Below are positions 1 to 7,496 of a DNA stretch of 38,294 bases, one piece after another. Both the position numbers and the translations under genes were made by a program. The notes beneath the pieces were generated by a model, which saw nothing but the letters and a program-made list of their open reading frames with translations, was not told where the DNA came from and did no database searches. Within the stretch, counting starts at the first letter, position 1. The number at the start of each line of letters is the position of its first letter. The stretch is from a virus (lineage: Duplodnaviria; Caudoviricetes): the IMG/VR virus record IMGVR_UViG_3300044701_003381, positions 1 to 38,294 of that record; one strand, written 5' to 3'.

Positions 1-155
1 CCCTGAGTACCTTGCGTACCTTGGAGACCTTGTTCTCCTTGAATACCCTGAGTCCCCTGAGTACCTTGAGTGCCAGTTGTTCCTTGTCTACCTTGAGCAC
101 CTTGAATACCTTGGATTCCTTGTGTTCCTTGGGTTCCTTGAATACCTTGAGGTCC
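1..155 (-). repeat. Degenerate 9-bp coding repeat (collagen G-X-Q)
   Basis: The plus strand shows recurring ccttg/ccctg at 9-nt spacing, encoding G-(T/I/A/R/E/L/P)-Q on the minus strand. Confidence 0.95.
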
Positions 156-569
156 TACTTGTTGATTGAACGTAATATTTGCAACAAGTCCATCTGCAGT
201 TGCAGTAACGCCATCACCAACGAAGTTAATAGATGTGAATGTTGTTCCAATACCAACACCTTCTTCCTTAACTTCAAATCCAGATAATGATGTGTTAATA
301 AGTTCGCCAATAATATCAATCTCAGCAGCACTTACCCAGTCAATGCCATTTACTGTCGATGCTAATATCTGACCGTTTGTTCCAGATTGATTATCTTTAT
401 CATATAAACTTCCACGAAGTCTCAGATCACCATTGATATCCAAATCAGAAGTTGCTGATGTGGTTCCAATACCAACTTTTCCAATAACTTCTACTGTCGT
501 TTTATCCTCAGAGTATGAAGATATACCAACTTTTAGATTTTTTTGGCGATTGCTGAGATATTTTGACAT
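1..569 (-). CDS. Collagen-repeat tail fibre-like protein (partial; runs off the left edge; not in the ORF track)
   Basis: Translated by hand from ATG at 569: MSKYLSNRQKNLKVGISSYSEDKTTVEVIGKVGIGTTSATSDLDINGDLRLRG...NITFNQQV, then 17 uninterrupted G-X-Y triplets (GPQ GIQ GTQ GTQ GIQ GIQ GAQ GRQ GTT GTQ...) open to position 1. The VGIGT...LDING motif is typical of cyanophage fibre proteins. Confidence 0.85.
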   Translation of the reverse strand, partial: MSKYLSNRQKNLKVGISSYSEDKTTVEVIGKVGIGTTSATSDLDINGDLRLRGSLYDKDNQSGTNGQILASTVNGIDWVSAAEIDIIGELINTSLSGFEVKEEGVGIGTTFTSINFVGDGVTATADGLVANITFNQQVGPQGIQGTQGTQGIQGIQGAQGRQGTTGTQGTQGTQGIQGEQGLQGTQGTQ

Positions 570-588
570 TGTTATTAATTAAATTTTA

Positions 589-918
589 TTAATTTAACGA
601 TTCTAAGATGCTTGCAACAAATTTTAAATTTGATCCATTACTACCAGATAATACTAATTTATCTCCACTCTCAAGAACTAATTTTCCAGAAAGAAGATTT
701 GCAGTATCATTTCCAGAAATTGGAAAGTTTTTAACTAACTCCGTATCAGTAGAACTTCTTCTATGAATTAACTCAATATCTTCCGTTGTGGATCCAATAT
801 TTGCAACCTGACATAATAAAACAACACCGGTATAACCAGTTGGTGCTGTATAAACTTCAGATTGTGTAACTGATACTACTGCTGTTATAGTCTGAAATAC
901 ATTAAGTGCTAATGCCAT
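589..918 (-). CDS. Small beta-rich virion/fibre-associated protein (109 aa)
   Basis: Strong SD (GGAGGAG) in the end of the upstream gene, with a 4-nt gap. Motifs VYTAP and KLVLESGDKL resemble the small proteins that follow fibre genes ending in a hydrophobic '..ALG' tail in marine phages (recognition, not searched). Confidence 0.7.
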   Translation of the reverse strand: MALALNVFQTITAVVSVTQSEVYTAPTGYTGVVLLCQVANIGSTTEDIELIHRRSSTDTELVKNFPISGNDTANLLSGKLVLESGDKLVLSGSNGSNLKFVASILESLN

Positions 919-922
919 TTTA

Positions 923-2791
923 TCAATCTCCTCCTAGTGCTAGAATAAATGGTGTCATAGTTGAAAATAAACTCTTAGAATAAAATCTTCCAGAAATAGT
1001 GCCTGTTAATTGATCAACAACAACACCATCACCTATTCTAAAATTACCTGCCTGGTCTGTAGAAGTATAAACAACTAATCCACCATTTCTCATATCAGTT
1101 TCATTTACTTGAATTGGAACTCCTCCAGCTTGAGGAAAGGCAGAATCAATATTAGTTCCTGTTCCTATGTATTCCATAGAATGTCCAGAAGCAAGAACCC
1201 TACTTTGTTTGAAGAATGGTACTGTAGTTCCAACTCCAACAGAATATGGTAGATTTTCTGTAATAGTAATCGTACAAATTCCAGAAACTACTGGTGTAGA
1301 TTCTTTAATTGCATAGTAAGTTGGAACTATAATTACAGTTCCTGTTGCAGTTGAACCTGGCTCTTGTGGTCCTGCAATAGTGACAGTTGGAATGCCAGTG
1401 TATCCTCTACCACTAGAAACTATCTCTATATTTGTCACCTGACCATTTTCAACCTGCCCAACTCCAGTTGCAGGAACTCCCCAATTAGTAGATGGATTTG
1501 CAAATGTTACTGAGACGTTTTCAGTATACCCACTTCCACCAGAATCAATATGTACATCTTTTATTGTGTAATAAAGTTCTTCAAAATAAACAACCTGTCC
1601 ATCAAAAGGTCTTACTGCATTAATTTTTACAGTTCCACCTGAAGTATATGTGTGTGGAAGAGTTGATGCTCCAACATAAACTTCAAATGATGTTGAACTT
1701 GGAGTAGCATTTACTTCAAAAATATATCCATTTCTTCCTGAAGGATATGTGACAGTACTAATTCCACCATCAGAAGCACAAGTAAATCCAAGACCAGAAA
1801 TAGTAACTCCCATTCCAACATTAAAATTATGATCGGAGTCTACTGTAATTGTAGTCAATCCAGTTACATTGTCATAGACAGCAGTTGTTACATTTAGTGT
1901 TGGAACATTCAAATCTAATACAAAAGTGTCAGAATTTACTGGCGATGAACTTGTAATAATTCCTGTGTATTTTCTTGGTCCTCTTCCATCAGCAACAAGA
2001 GCATAGTTTCCAAAGGAGGAGTTTGAGTTTGTTAAATCGCAAGCACCACCACTGCCACAATAAACAGAAATATCGTTGCAAATGGTAAACAATGAAACTA
2101 ACTGGGCATACCCCTCATTTGTAATAGAAACTCCAATTCCACCTTGATTATATTGTGTAAAAGAGTCTGTTACCATACTCTTTAGTCTTCCAATTACATC
2201 AGAACCATCGATTTTTAATCCAATACTATTGGAAAGAAAATTGGTACAGTTTCTGATATATGGTGATTGTGAAGTAAATCCGACTGTGTGTGGATCAAAT
2301 CTAAAACAAGCCTTTCCAGGATCTACTGATCCCTTAAAAGACATTTCGGTGACATAAACACCTTCTTTAACATAAAAAAGATCCTTATCAGAGTTTTGTG
2401 GAGTAATTGTAACTTCTCTTAAACTATCTCCAACTAATGAAACTTGCCTTGGAATGACTAGAGGATTATCTTCTATATAAGATCCAGCACTAATTTTAAT
2501 AGTGGATCCCTCTTCTGCGATTTCGAGAGCTCCTTTAAGTGTTGCTTTTGCGTCTCCGAGTTTTTTTCCTGTATTGGTGTCGCTTCCGTCTTTTGTGACA
2601 TATAAAACATTCGTAACTGTTGTACCAGCACCGATTCTTACAATATCAGTACCAATACCTGTTCTTTCTCTGCGAGCAAATAATTCAGCATCATAAGTGT
2701 TTAAGGCTAGTTCCCCCAAAGGCAGCTGTTCCGCTGTTGGTCTCTTACCGGGGACTGAAGATCTTTTTATCCTAATATTTGGATCAGCCAT
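923..2791 (-). CDS. Tail fibre/spike-like structural protein (622 aa) with a putative pectin-lyase-like beta-helix
   Basis: N-terminal NIRIKRS..GKRP....LPLGELALN (Mtd/HylP-type fibre N-terminus). The beta-helix cap motif LYVTKDGSDTNTG....AKATLKGAL..A..G.TI.I.AG.Y.E follows, then GSGY/GRGY modules. It has a GAGG SD and a TATAAATA box upstream. Confidence 0.7.
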   Translation of the reverse strand: MADPNIRIKRSSVPGKRPTAEQLPLGELALNTYDAELFARRERTGIGTDIVRIGAGTTVTNVLYVTKDGSDTNTGKKLGDAKATLKGALEIAEEGSTIKISAGSYIEDNPLVIPRQVSLVGDSLREVTITPQNSDKDLFYVKEGVYVTEMSFKGSVDPGKACFRFDPHTVGFTSQSPYIRNCTNFLSNSIGLKIDGSDVIGRLKSMVTDSFTQYNQGGIGVSITNEGYAQLVSLFTICNDISVYCGSGGACDLTNSNSSFGNYALVADGRGPRKYTGIITSSSPVNSDTFVLDLNVPTLNVTTAVYDNVTGLTTITVDSDHNFNVGMGVTISGLGFTCASDGGISTVTYPSGRNGYIFEVNATPSSTSFEVYVGASTLPHTYTSGGTVKINAVRPFDGQVVYFEELYYTIKDVHIDSGGSGYTENVSVTFANPSTNWGVPATGVGQVENGQVTNIEIVSSGRGYTGIPTVTIAGPQEPGSTATGTVIIVPTYYAIKESTPVVSGICTITITENLPYSVGVGTTVPFFKQSRVLASGHSMEYIGTGTNIDSAFPQAGGVPIQVNETDMRNGGLVVYTSTDQAGNFRIGDGVVVDQLTGTISGRFYSKSLFSTMTPFILALGGD

Positions 2792-2822
2792 TCAACCTCA
2801 TATGATGGTATTTACCGCAGAA

Positions 2823-2838
2823 ACTCTTATATAAGAGT
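2823..2838. repeat. Perfect 16-bp palindrome ACTCTTATATAAGAGT in the 5' leader of the 622-aa gene
   Basis: Read directly; it lies 6 nt downstream of the late promoter box at 2845..2852. Confidence 0.9.
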
Positions 2839-2844
2839 CTTTAT

Positions 2845-2852
2845 TATTTATA
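2845..2852 (-). promoter_or_regulatory. T4-type late promoter (TATAAATA)
   Basis: Exact T4 gp55 consensus, intergenic and oriented toward the gene starting at 2791. Confidence 0.85.
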
Positions 2853-2870
2853 GACAAATAATAATTGAAA

Positions 2871-3062
2871 TTATTGAAAATCTTCAGACTCTGACTTAAT
2901 ATTTTTCTTTGTCTTTTTTAATTTTTCAATCTCATTTTGCAATAGTAAGTTTGACTGTGTAAGAGTTTCAACCTGAGTTTCTAGTACAATAGTTTTATTA
3001 AAAAGATCAAAAGATTTTTGTTGATACTTTGCCAAAACTAATTTTAAATCTTCTTCAGACAT
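2871..3062 (-). CDS. Small coiled-coil protein (63 aa), possible fibre assembly chaperone
   Basis: MSEEDLKLVLAKYQQKSFDLFNKTIVLETQVETLTQSNLLLQNEIEKLKK has heptad periodicity. ATG at 3062 is preferred over the track's GTG at 3074, which lies inside a hairpin. Confidence 0.7.
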   Translation of the reverse strand: MSEEDLKLVLAKYQQKSFDLFNKTIVLETQVETLTQSNLLLQNEIEKLKKTKKNIKSESEDFQ

Positions 3063-3094
3063 AAAAAAATACACCCAGTTTCCTGAGTGTATTT
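3063..3094 (-). terminator. Intrinsic terminator-like hairpin
   Basis: Minus-strand RNA AAAUACACUCAG-GAAA-CUGGGUGUAUUU-UUUU: 12-bp stem with one G-U pair, GNRA tetraloop and U-tract, just downstream of the 714-aa gene. Confidence 0.75.
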
Positions 3095-3097
3095 AGT
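3090..3097 (-). promoter_or_regulatory. Late promoter variant (ACTAAATA) overlapping the terminator 5' arm
   Basis: The same octamer recurs upstream of other genes at 5296..5303 and 37983..37990. Confidence 0.6.
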
Positions 3098-3117
3098 GTT
3101 AAAAATAAAATTTAACT

Positions 3118-5262
3118 TTAGAATGTTCCAGCGTCAACTGTAATATTTTTAAGAATTAACTCTCCACCAGAACAAGAAATGATTTGTGAAGAACCACCTG
3201 TGCAACTATTATTAATCCATAATTCTGAAATCTCAAGTGGTGCATAAGTATCAACTGCAATTTGTGGAGTATTTGTATTAATTCCAACAGTCTCTCCAAT
3301 ATTGGAAGCAAGTTTAAATCTTGAATTGGAAGACTCCCAAATTACAGCAGAAGTCTTTCCAACTCCAGAATCACCATAATTCATTAAAATTCCAAGATCC
3401 CAAGTGGTATCTGTTGGAAGAACTCCATTAATAACTCCAAGTTCAATAGTACGATCTTCAACCGTAATTTCCGAAGTATTTACTTGAGTTGTAGTTCCTT
3501 CAACATAAAGATTTCCACTGATAGTTACATCTGTTGCAAATCCAACAGTTCCTGAATTATTGACGGTAATTGAAGAATTGCCAGTTACCGATTTAATTGA
3601 ACCAGTTTGGAGAATTGCTGCACTAAATGTATTATTTGATGGGTTAAATGTTGCACCAGTACTAACTCTTACAGTTTCACCTTCCTCACCTGCAGAAGTA
3701 TCTGCAAATAGCATATAATATTCTGCGTTAGTAGAAGTTCCTGTCGTATGTACTGTTACAGATGTACCTGCAGTACCAGTGATACTTCCAATATTTGCAG
3801 TACCATCAACGTGAAGATTTCCGGTAATGGTAGTTCCTCCACCAACAGTGTATTGTGTTCCACTGTTAACAAGTTGCCCATTTACATTGTCCCAAGCTGG
3901 TAAGTAACCCTCAGTTAAGGATGCTGCACCTTTTAAGGTGACTGCGTCAGATGTAATAGTGATTCCAGTTCCAACGTTAACATCAATTGTATACTCAGTG
4001 CTATCATCAGCGTTTGCTGCAGTAGCACTCAGACCAGAACCGCCAGTAATGGTTTTGGCATACTGTCCGAAAGTATCAGTGCCAAGACCAACAGAATTTG
4101 CCTGAATGGAAGCAGTACCACCGACACTGATTGTTATGTCTCCACTAACACCTGAGTAAACATATTGACCAACAACTTCTGCAGAAACAGTCTTGTTTGA
4201 TGCTCCGTTTAAATCATAGACTACAAAGTCATCCTGACCATTTAACGAAGTGACTGAAGAAAGTCCGCTGGTAACAATATCTAAATCGGAAGCACTTAAA
4301 GTTCCATCAAAAGAACTGGCCGTAATTATACCTGCTGCTGCAAGAATACCAGAAGAAGTTATTGTTGTACCACCACCAACAACAAGAGAAGTTGTTATTT
4401 GAACATCATCAACAAGTCCAACAGTAATAGTATTTCCAGATCCTACTGTTTCAATTTCATTTACAGTACCGGAAATAGTAAATGTCTCACTATCTAAGTC
4501 AATAGTAAATTCTCCACCAGTATCACCTGCAAATGTTAAACTTGAAAGTCCGACCTTAGTATCAACATAGGTCTTAACTGCTAACGCAGATACTAAAGTA
4601 TCATGAGATGCTGAAACTGTTTCTAAATCAGTATCAACGTCAGTATATGTTCCAGATCCATCAATTTGTAAACTAGTGACTGTTGTTACACCGGCAGTTA
4701 AGTTTGTAAAAACACCAGTACTAGAAGATGCAGCTCCAATTGCAGTTCCATCAATATTTCCACCATTAATATCTACTGTACTAATAGTTGTAATACCAGA
4801 AAAATTGGCATTAACATTTACATCTAGTAATCCATTACCACCATTAGTTGAAACGGTTGTAATTCCTTGTAAAGTTGCATCTGTAAATGTTCCATTAGTT
4901 CCACTGGCGGTATCCCAAGATAATTGTCCGTTGGATGCTACCTTAAGAAAATAACCATCAGTAATAGTATTGGTATCTGGTAAGATATATGTACCAATAC
5001 CAGAAAGGTTATCTGGTGATTTTAGTTGAATATAATCTGAACCGTCTTTATCAACTAAATTTAACCCAAGGGATTTTGTTCCATCTTCTCTTGTCCAATA
5101 ACGATGCGAACCAAAATACTTGTTTCCAGATACCGAAGTGTCAAATCCAATAAAAAAGTCAAAATTATTTGTTGAAAACGCTGGTTCACCTGGGCGTAAA
5201 GCAGGGACTGTTCCCGCAATTCCTGCACTACCCCTTAAAAACTGAATTACGGGTGTAGCCAT
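3118..5262 (-). CDS. Tail fibre-like protein (714 aa)
   Basis: G/T/S-rich beta sequence. N-terminal VIQFLRGS...PALRPGEPAF (Mtd/HylP-like), fibre motifs DINGGNIDGTAIG and ISGNLYVEGTTTQVNT..ITVEDR.IEL, and C-terminal VDAGTF. Confidence 0.75.
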   Translation of the reverse strand: MATPVIQFLRGSAGIAGTVPALRPGEPAFSTNNFDFFIGFDTSVSGNKYFGSHRYWTREDGTKSLGLNLVDKDGSDYIQLKSPDNLSGIGTYILPDTNTITDGYFLKVASNGQLSWDTASGTNGTFTDATLQGITTVSTNGGNGLLDVNVNANFSGITTISTVDINGGNIDGTAIGAASSSTGVFTNLTAGVTTVTSLQIDGSGTYTDVDTDLETVSASHDTLVSALAVKTYVDTKVGLSSLTFAGDTGGEFTIDLDSETFTISGTVNEIETVGSGNTITVGLVDDVQITTSLVVGGGTTITSSGILAAAGIITASSFDGTLSASDLDIVTSGLSSVTSLNGQDDFVVYDLNGASNKTVSAEVVGQYVYSGVSGDITISVGGTASIQANSVGLGTDTFGQYAKTITGGSGLSATAANADDSTEYTIDVNVGTGITITSDAVTLKGAASLTEGYLPAWDNVNGQLVNSGTQYTVGGGTTITGNLHVDGTANIGSITGTAGTSVTVHTTGTSTNAEYYMLFADTSAGEEGETVRVSTGATFNPSNNTFSAAILQTGSIKSVTGNSSITVNNSGTVGFATDVTISGNLYVEGTTTQVNTSEITVEDRTIELGVINGVLPTDTTWDLGILMNYGDSGVGKTSAVIWESSNSRFKLASNIGETVGINTNTPQIAVDTYAPLEISELWINNSCTGGSSQIISCSGGELILKNITVDAGTF

Positions 5263-5295
5263 GCTTACCTTTTCCTAATAATTTTTTACTAATAT

Positions 5296-5303
5296 TATTT
5301 AGT
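5296..5303 (-). promoter_or_regulatory. Late promoter variant (ACTAAATA)
   Basis: Intergenic, about 33 nt upstream of the ATG at 5262. Confidence 0.6.
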
Positions 5304-5304
5304 T

Positions 5305-5634
5305 TTAAAAAGACCCGGCATCAATATCAATACGATTATCCATCTCAATATCCAAGTCATCCAAAAATGCATCAGGAAGTCCAGGTTTTGCACTTGTTGT
5401 AGTCTGATATTGATCAGTTGCAGACGCAGACAGGATATCATCTGGATTGACTGCTGTCCATTTTTGAGTAGCAGCATTGTACATCAGTACAAAAGTATCT
5501 GGAGCTCCATTTCCACTATTTCCATCATCAAAATCAATTAAATCCTGAAATCTTGCTGGCACTTGAACTCCTCCAACATTTGATACTACTTTGAATCTTT
5601 TTTGTGTTTTTAACTTGACATTGAAGTTAGACAT
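5305..5634 (-). CDS. Hypothetical virion protein (109 aa) ending in IDAGSF
   Basis: The start overlaps the upstream stop by 8 nt. Contains the fibre-knob-like motif DLIDFD...VLMYNAATQKW. Confidence 0.75.
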   Translation of the reverse strand: MSNFNVKLKTQKRFKVVSNVGGVQVPARFQDLIDFDDGNSGNGAPDTFVLMYNAATQKWTAVNPDDILSASATDQYQTTTSAKPGLPDAFLDDLDIEMDNRIDIDAGSF

Positions 5635-5980
5635 TGCTAGTAATTTCCTCAGAAACTATAATAGTACCTTCTACAACTCTATTTGTAAGTGATCCAGATG
5701 CTGGTGAAGAAAGAATACTTAATTGAAAATAATTTCTGCCAGGTTTTAAAGTTGAAGTTTCAGTCTTTGCTAAAGAAACTTTTATATCATTAGTTCCTGG
5801 TTGAAATACAACAGATTTTTGAAATGCGGTAGTTGCACCTGGATATTTTTTTATAGAAAAAATTCCAGAGTACCCATTACCAAAAACATTTGGACCAAAA
5901 TCTTCTGTAAAAATGTCAAAAGTAACCTCAAAATCCGTTCCTCTTTCAATAGTTAGGTTATTAATTTGAGCAATGGACAT
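5627..5980 (-). CDS. Hypothetical structural/adaptor protein (117 aa, BppU-N-like beta sandwich)
   Basis: Pattern NLTIERGTDF...IKVSL...ETSTLKPGRNYFQL...RVVEGTIIV; late promoter box immediately upstream. Confidence 0.65.
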   Translation of the reverse strand: MSIAQINNLTIERGTDFEVTFDIFTEDFGPNVFGNGYSGIFSIKKYPGATTAFQKSVVFQPGTNDIKVSLAKTETSTLKPGRNYFQLSILSSPASGSLTNRVVEGTIIVSEEITSNV

Positions 5981-6000
5981 TTTTTACACTCTTTTTTAAC

Positions 6001-6008
6001 TATTTATT
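6001..6008 (-). promoter_or_regulatory. Late promoter (AATAAATA) overlapping the gp16 stop codon
   Basis: NATAAATA box 20 nt upstream of the ATG at 5980. Confidence 0.65.
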
Positions 6009-6453
6009 CTTCCGAATTCTCTTTAGATTGCTTTTTTAAAAGTTTTGATAACTCTGCGGTTGATCCAACAAATAGTGCATTATTTGTGACATTTGTGGGA
6101 CCTTTACCTTTTTCATTTTGAACTTCTTTAACATCTTTATGCAGATTCATAAGTTTATCTGCAGTATCAGAAACACTCTTTATTATCTGACCAGCAACTT
6201 CATATGCTCTAGCAGATTCTGTTTCTTGTGCAAGTTCTAAGACGCCATCAATTGCCTCTCTTCCTTTCTCCAAAAGAGAATATATTGTACCTCTGGCATA
6301 CTCATAATCTTTTTCAACGTCTAGAGACCTTTTATTCTCAATAGGTTTATTCTCAACCTTTTTTTGTTCTATATCAACTTCAACATCAACTACTTTAGAT
6401 ATAATTTCGCCAGAAACATTAAACATATCATCCAACTTATCAAATTCTTTCAT
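6004..6453 (-). CDS. gp16: Terminase small subunit
   Basis: DYEYARG..YSLLEKG.EAI.G.LELA.E.E..RAYEVAGQ.IK and NNALFVGST.EL.K.LK motifs; located after gp15. Confidence 0.92.
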   Translation of the reverse strand: MKEFDKLDDMFNVSGEIISKVVDVEVDIEQKKVENKPIENKRSLDVEKDYEYARGTIYSLLEKGREAIDGVLELAQETESARAYEVAGQIIKSVSDTADKLMNLHKDVKEVQNEKGKGPTNVTNNALFVGSTAELSKLLKKQSKENSEE

Positions 6454-6461
6454 AATTTTAA

Positions 6462-7481
6462 TTAAAATACATTTCCATCAAATCCAAAGTCATCTCCAGG
6501 TTGAATGAGAGCATTATCAGATTCTGTAATTAGTTCTATTCTGGTTCCACTTACGTGAGTTGCAATAGTTGTTCCATATTGACCTCTAGAAAGAACTAAA
6601 GTATCTTGGCCAATTACATCTGTTCTATCAATTTTATCAACAACCTTCATAGTTTCATTATCAATTGTAATATATGAATTTACTGGAACATTTGCCGATT
6701 GTTCAACAGTAACTTCTGTTGTAGATTCTGTCATATCAGATAAAAGCGTGGTGATTTGTAAATCACTATAACTTTTTGTTGCGACAGGTGTAACAGAATA
6801 TGTAAGATCTCTTGAGATTGATTTTGAATCGCCAGAAACAAGACTGATAGATGCTTTTTTGATAATATCCTTGTTTGCAGAAGAAGTTGGTCCAAAAAGA
6901 TATGTTTTTGCGCTAAATCTTAGAGTATAAACTAAAGCTCTTCTAGTTGAATAATCGCCTTCATAATTATCTTCCATATTAATTCCGTCTAAAACAATTG
7001 ATACGTCTCTTTTTTCTCCGATTGTTTTGACTAAATCAATTGTTAAATTATAAGATGGTTGAAAATATGGTAATATTTGCTCAATAATTTGAAGCATATC
7101 ATCATTTAACTTAGTCATAATACTAAGTTCAAATTGCATATTATATGGAACAGGCATATATGTCTTTTTTAAATCTGAATTGTCGGTTAAAGACTTAGAT
7201 ATGAATGTTTGAGTAGTTGTTAACTTTCTTGTAGCATCGTATGAAAGTCCGACGAATTCAAATGACATTCTTGGGAGGGTCATTTGAACTGGTGTATTCA
7301 AATTTGGTTGTTGTTCAATTCTTGCCAAAAACTTCTGAATTGGTCCATAAGCAAGAGGTACTTTTATTACCGAACTTACATTTCCAGATTCATCAAAATG
7401 CTTTACATCAATTCCATTGAATAAGGTTCCAAATCCAATAATTGTTTTACGAAATATTTCGTTATAGTAATATTCAAACAT
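6462..7481 (-). CDS. gp15: Tail sheath stabiliser / tail completion protein
   Basis: YYYNEIFRKTIIGFGTLFN, KVPLAYGPIQKFLAR, LPRMSFE, PVPYN and QIIEQILPYFQP motifs; located after gp14. Confidence 0.93.
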   Translation of the reverse strand: MFEYYYNEIFRKTIIGFGTLFNGIDVKHFDESGNVSSVIKVPLAYGPIQKFLARIEQQPNLNTPVQMTLPRMSFEFVGLSYDATRKLTTTQTFISKSLTDNSDLKKTYMPVPYNMQFELSIMTKLNDDMLQIIEQILPYFQPSYNLTIDLVKTIGEKRDVSIVLDGINMEDNYEGDYSTRRALVYTLRFSAKTYLFGPTSSANKDIIKKASISLVSGDSKSISRDLTYSVTPVATKSYSDLQITTLLSDMTESTTEVTVEQSANVPVNSYITIDNETMKVVDKIDRTDVIGQDTLVLSRGQYGTTIATHVSGTRIELITESDNALIQPGDDFGFDGNVF

Positions 7482-7496
7482 TTTAACCTCTTAAAA

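Noticed and set aside
12-372. Plus-strand ORFs 12..287 and 166..372
   Set aside because: Antisense shadows of the collagen-fibre gene; the LST/LNT periodicity mirrors the G-X-Q codons.
3063-3074. GTG start at 3074 (MYFF extension) for the coiled-coil gene
   Set aside because: It lies in the hairpin 3' arm and U-tract; ATG at 3062 gives a more typical N-terminus (MSEED).
923-5262. Diversity-generating retroelement or invertible fibre cassette
   Set aside because: Despite Mtd-like N-termini there is no reverse transcriptase, invertase, visible template/variable repeat pair or oppositely oriented gene fragment in the window.
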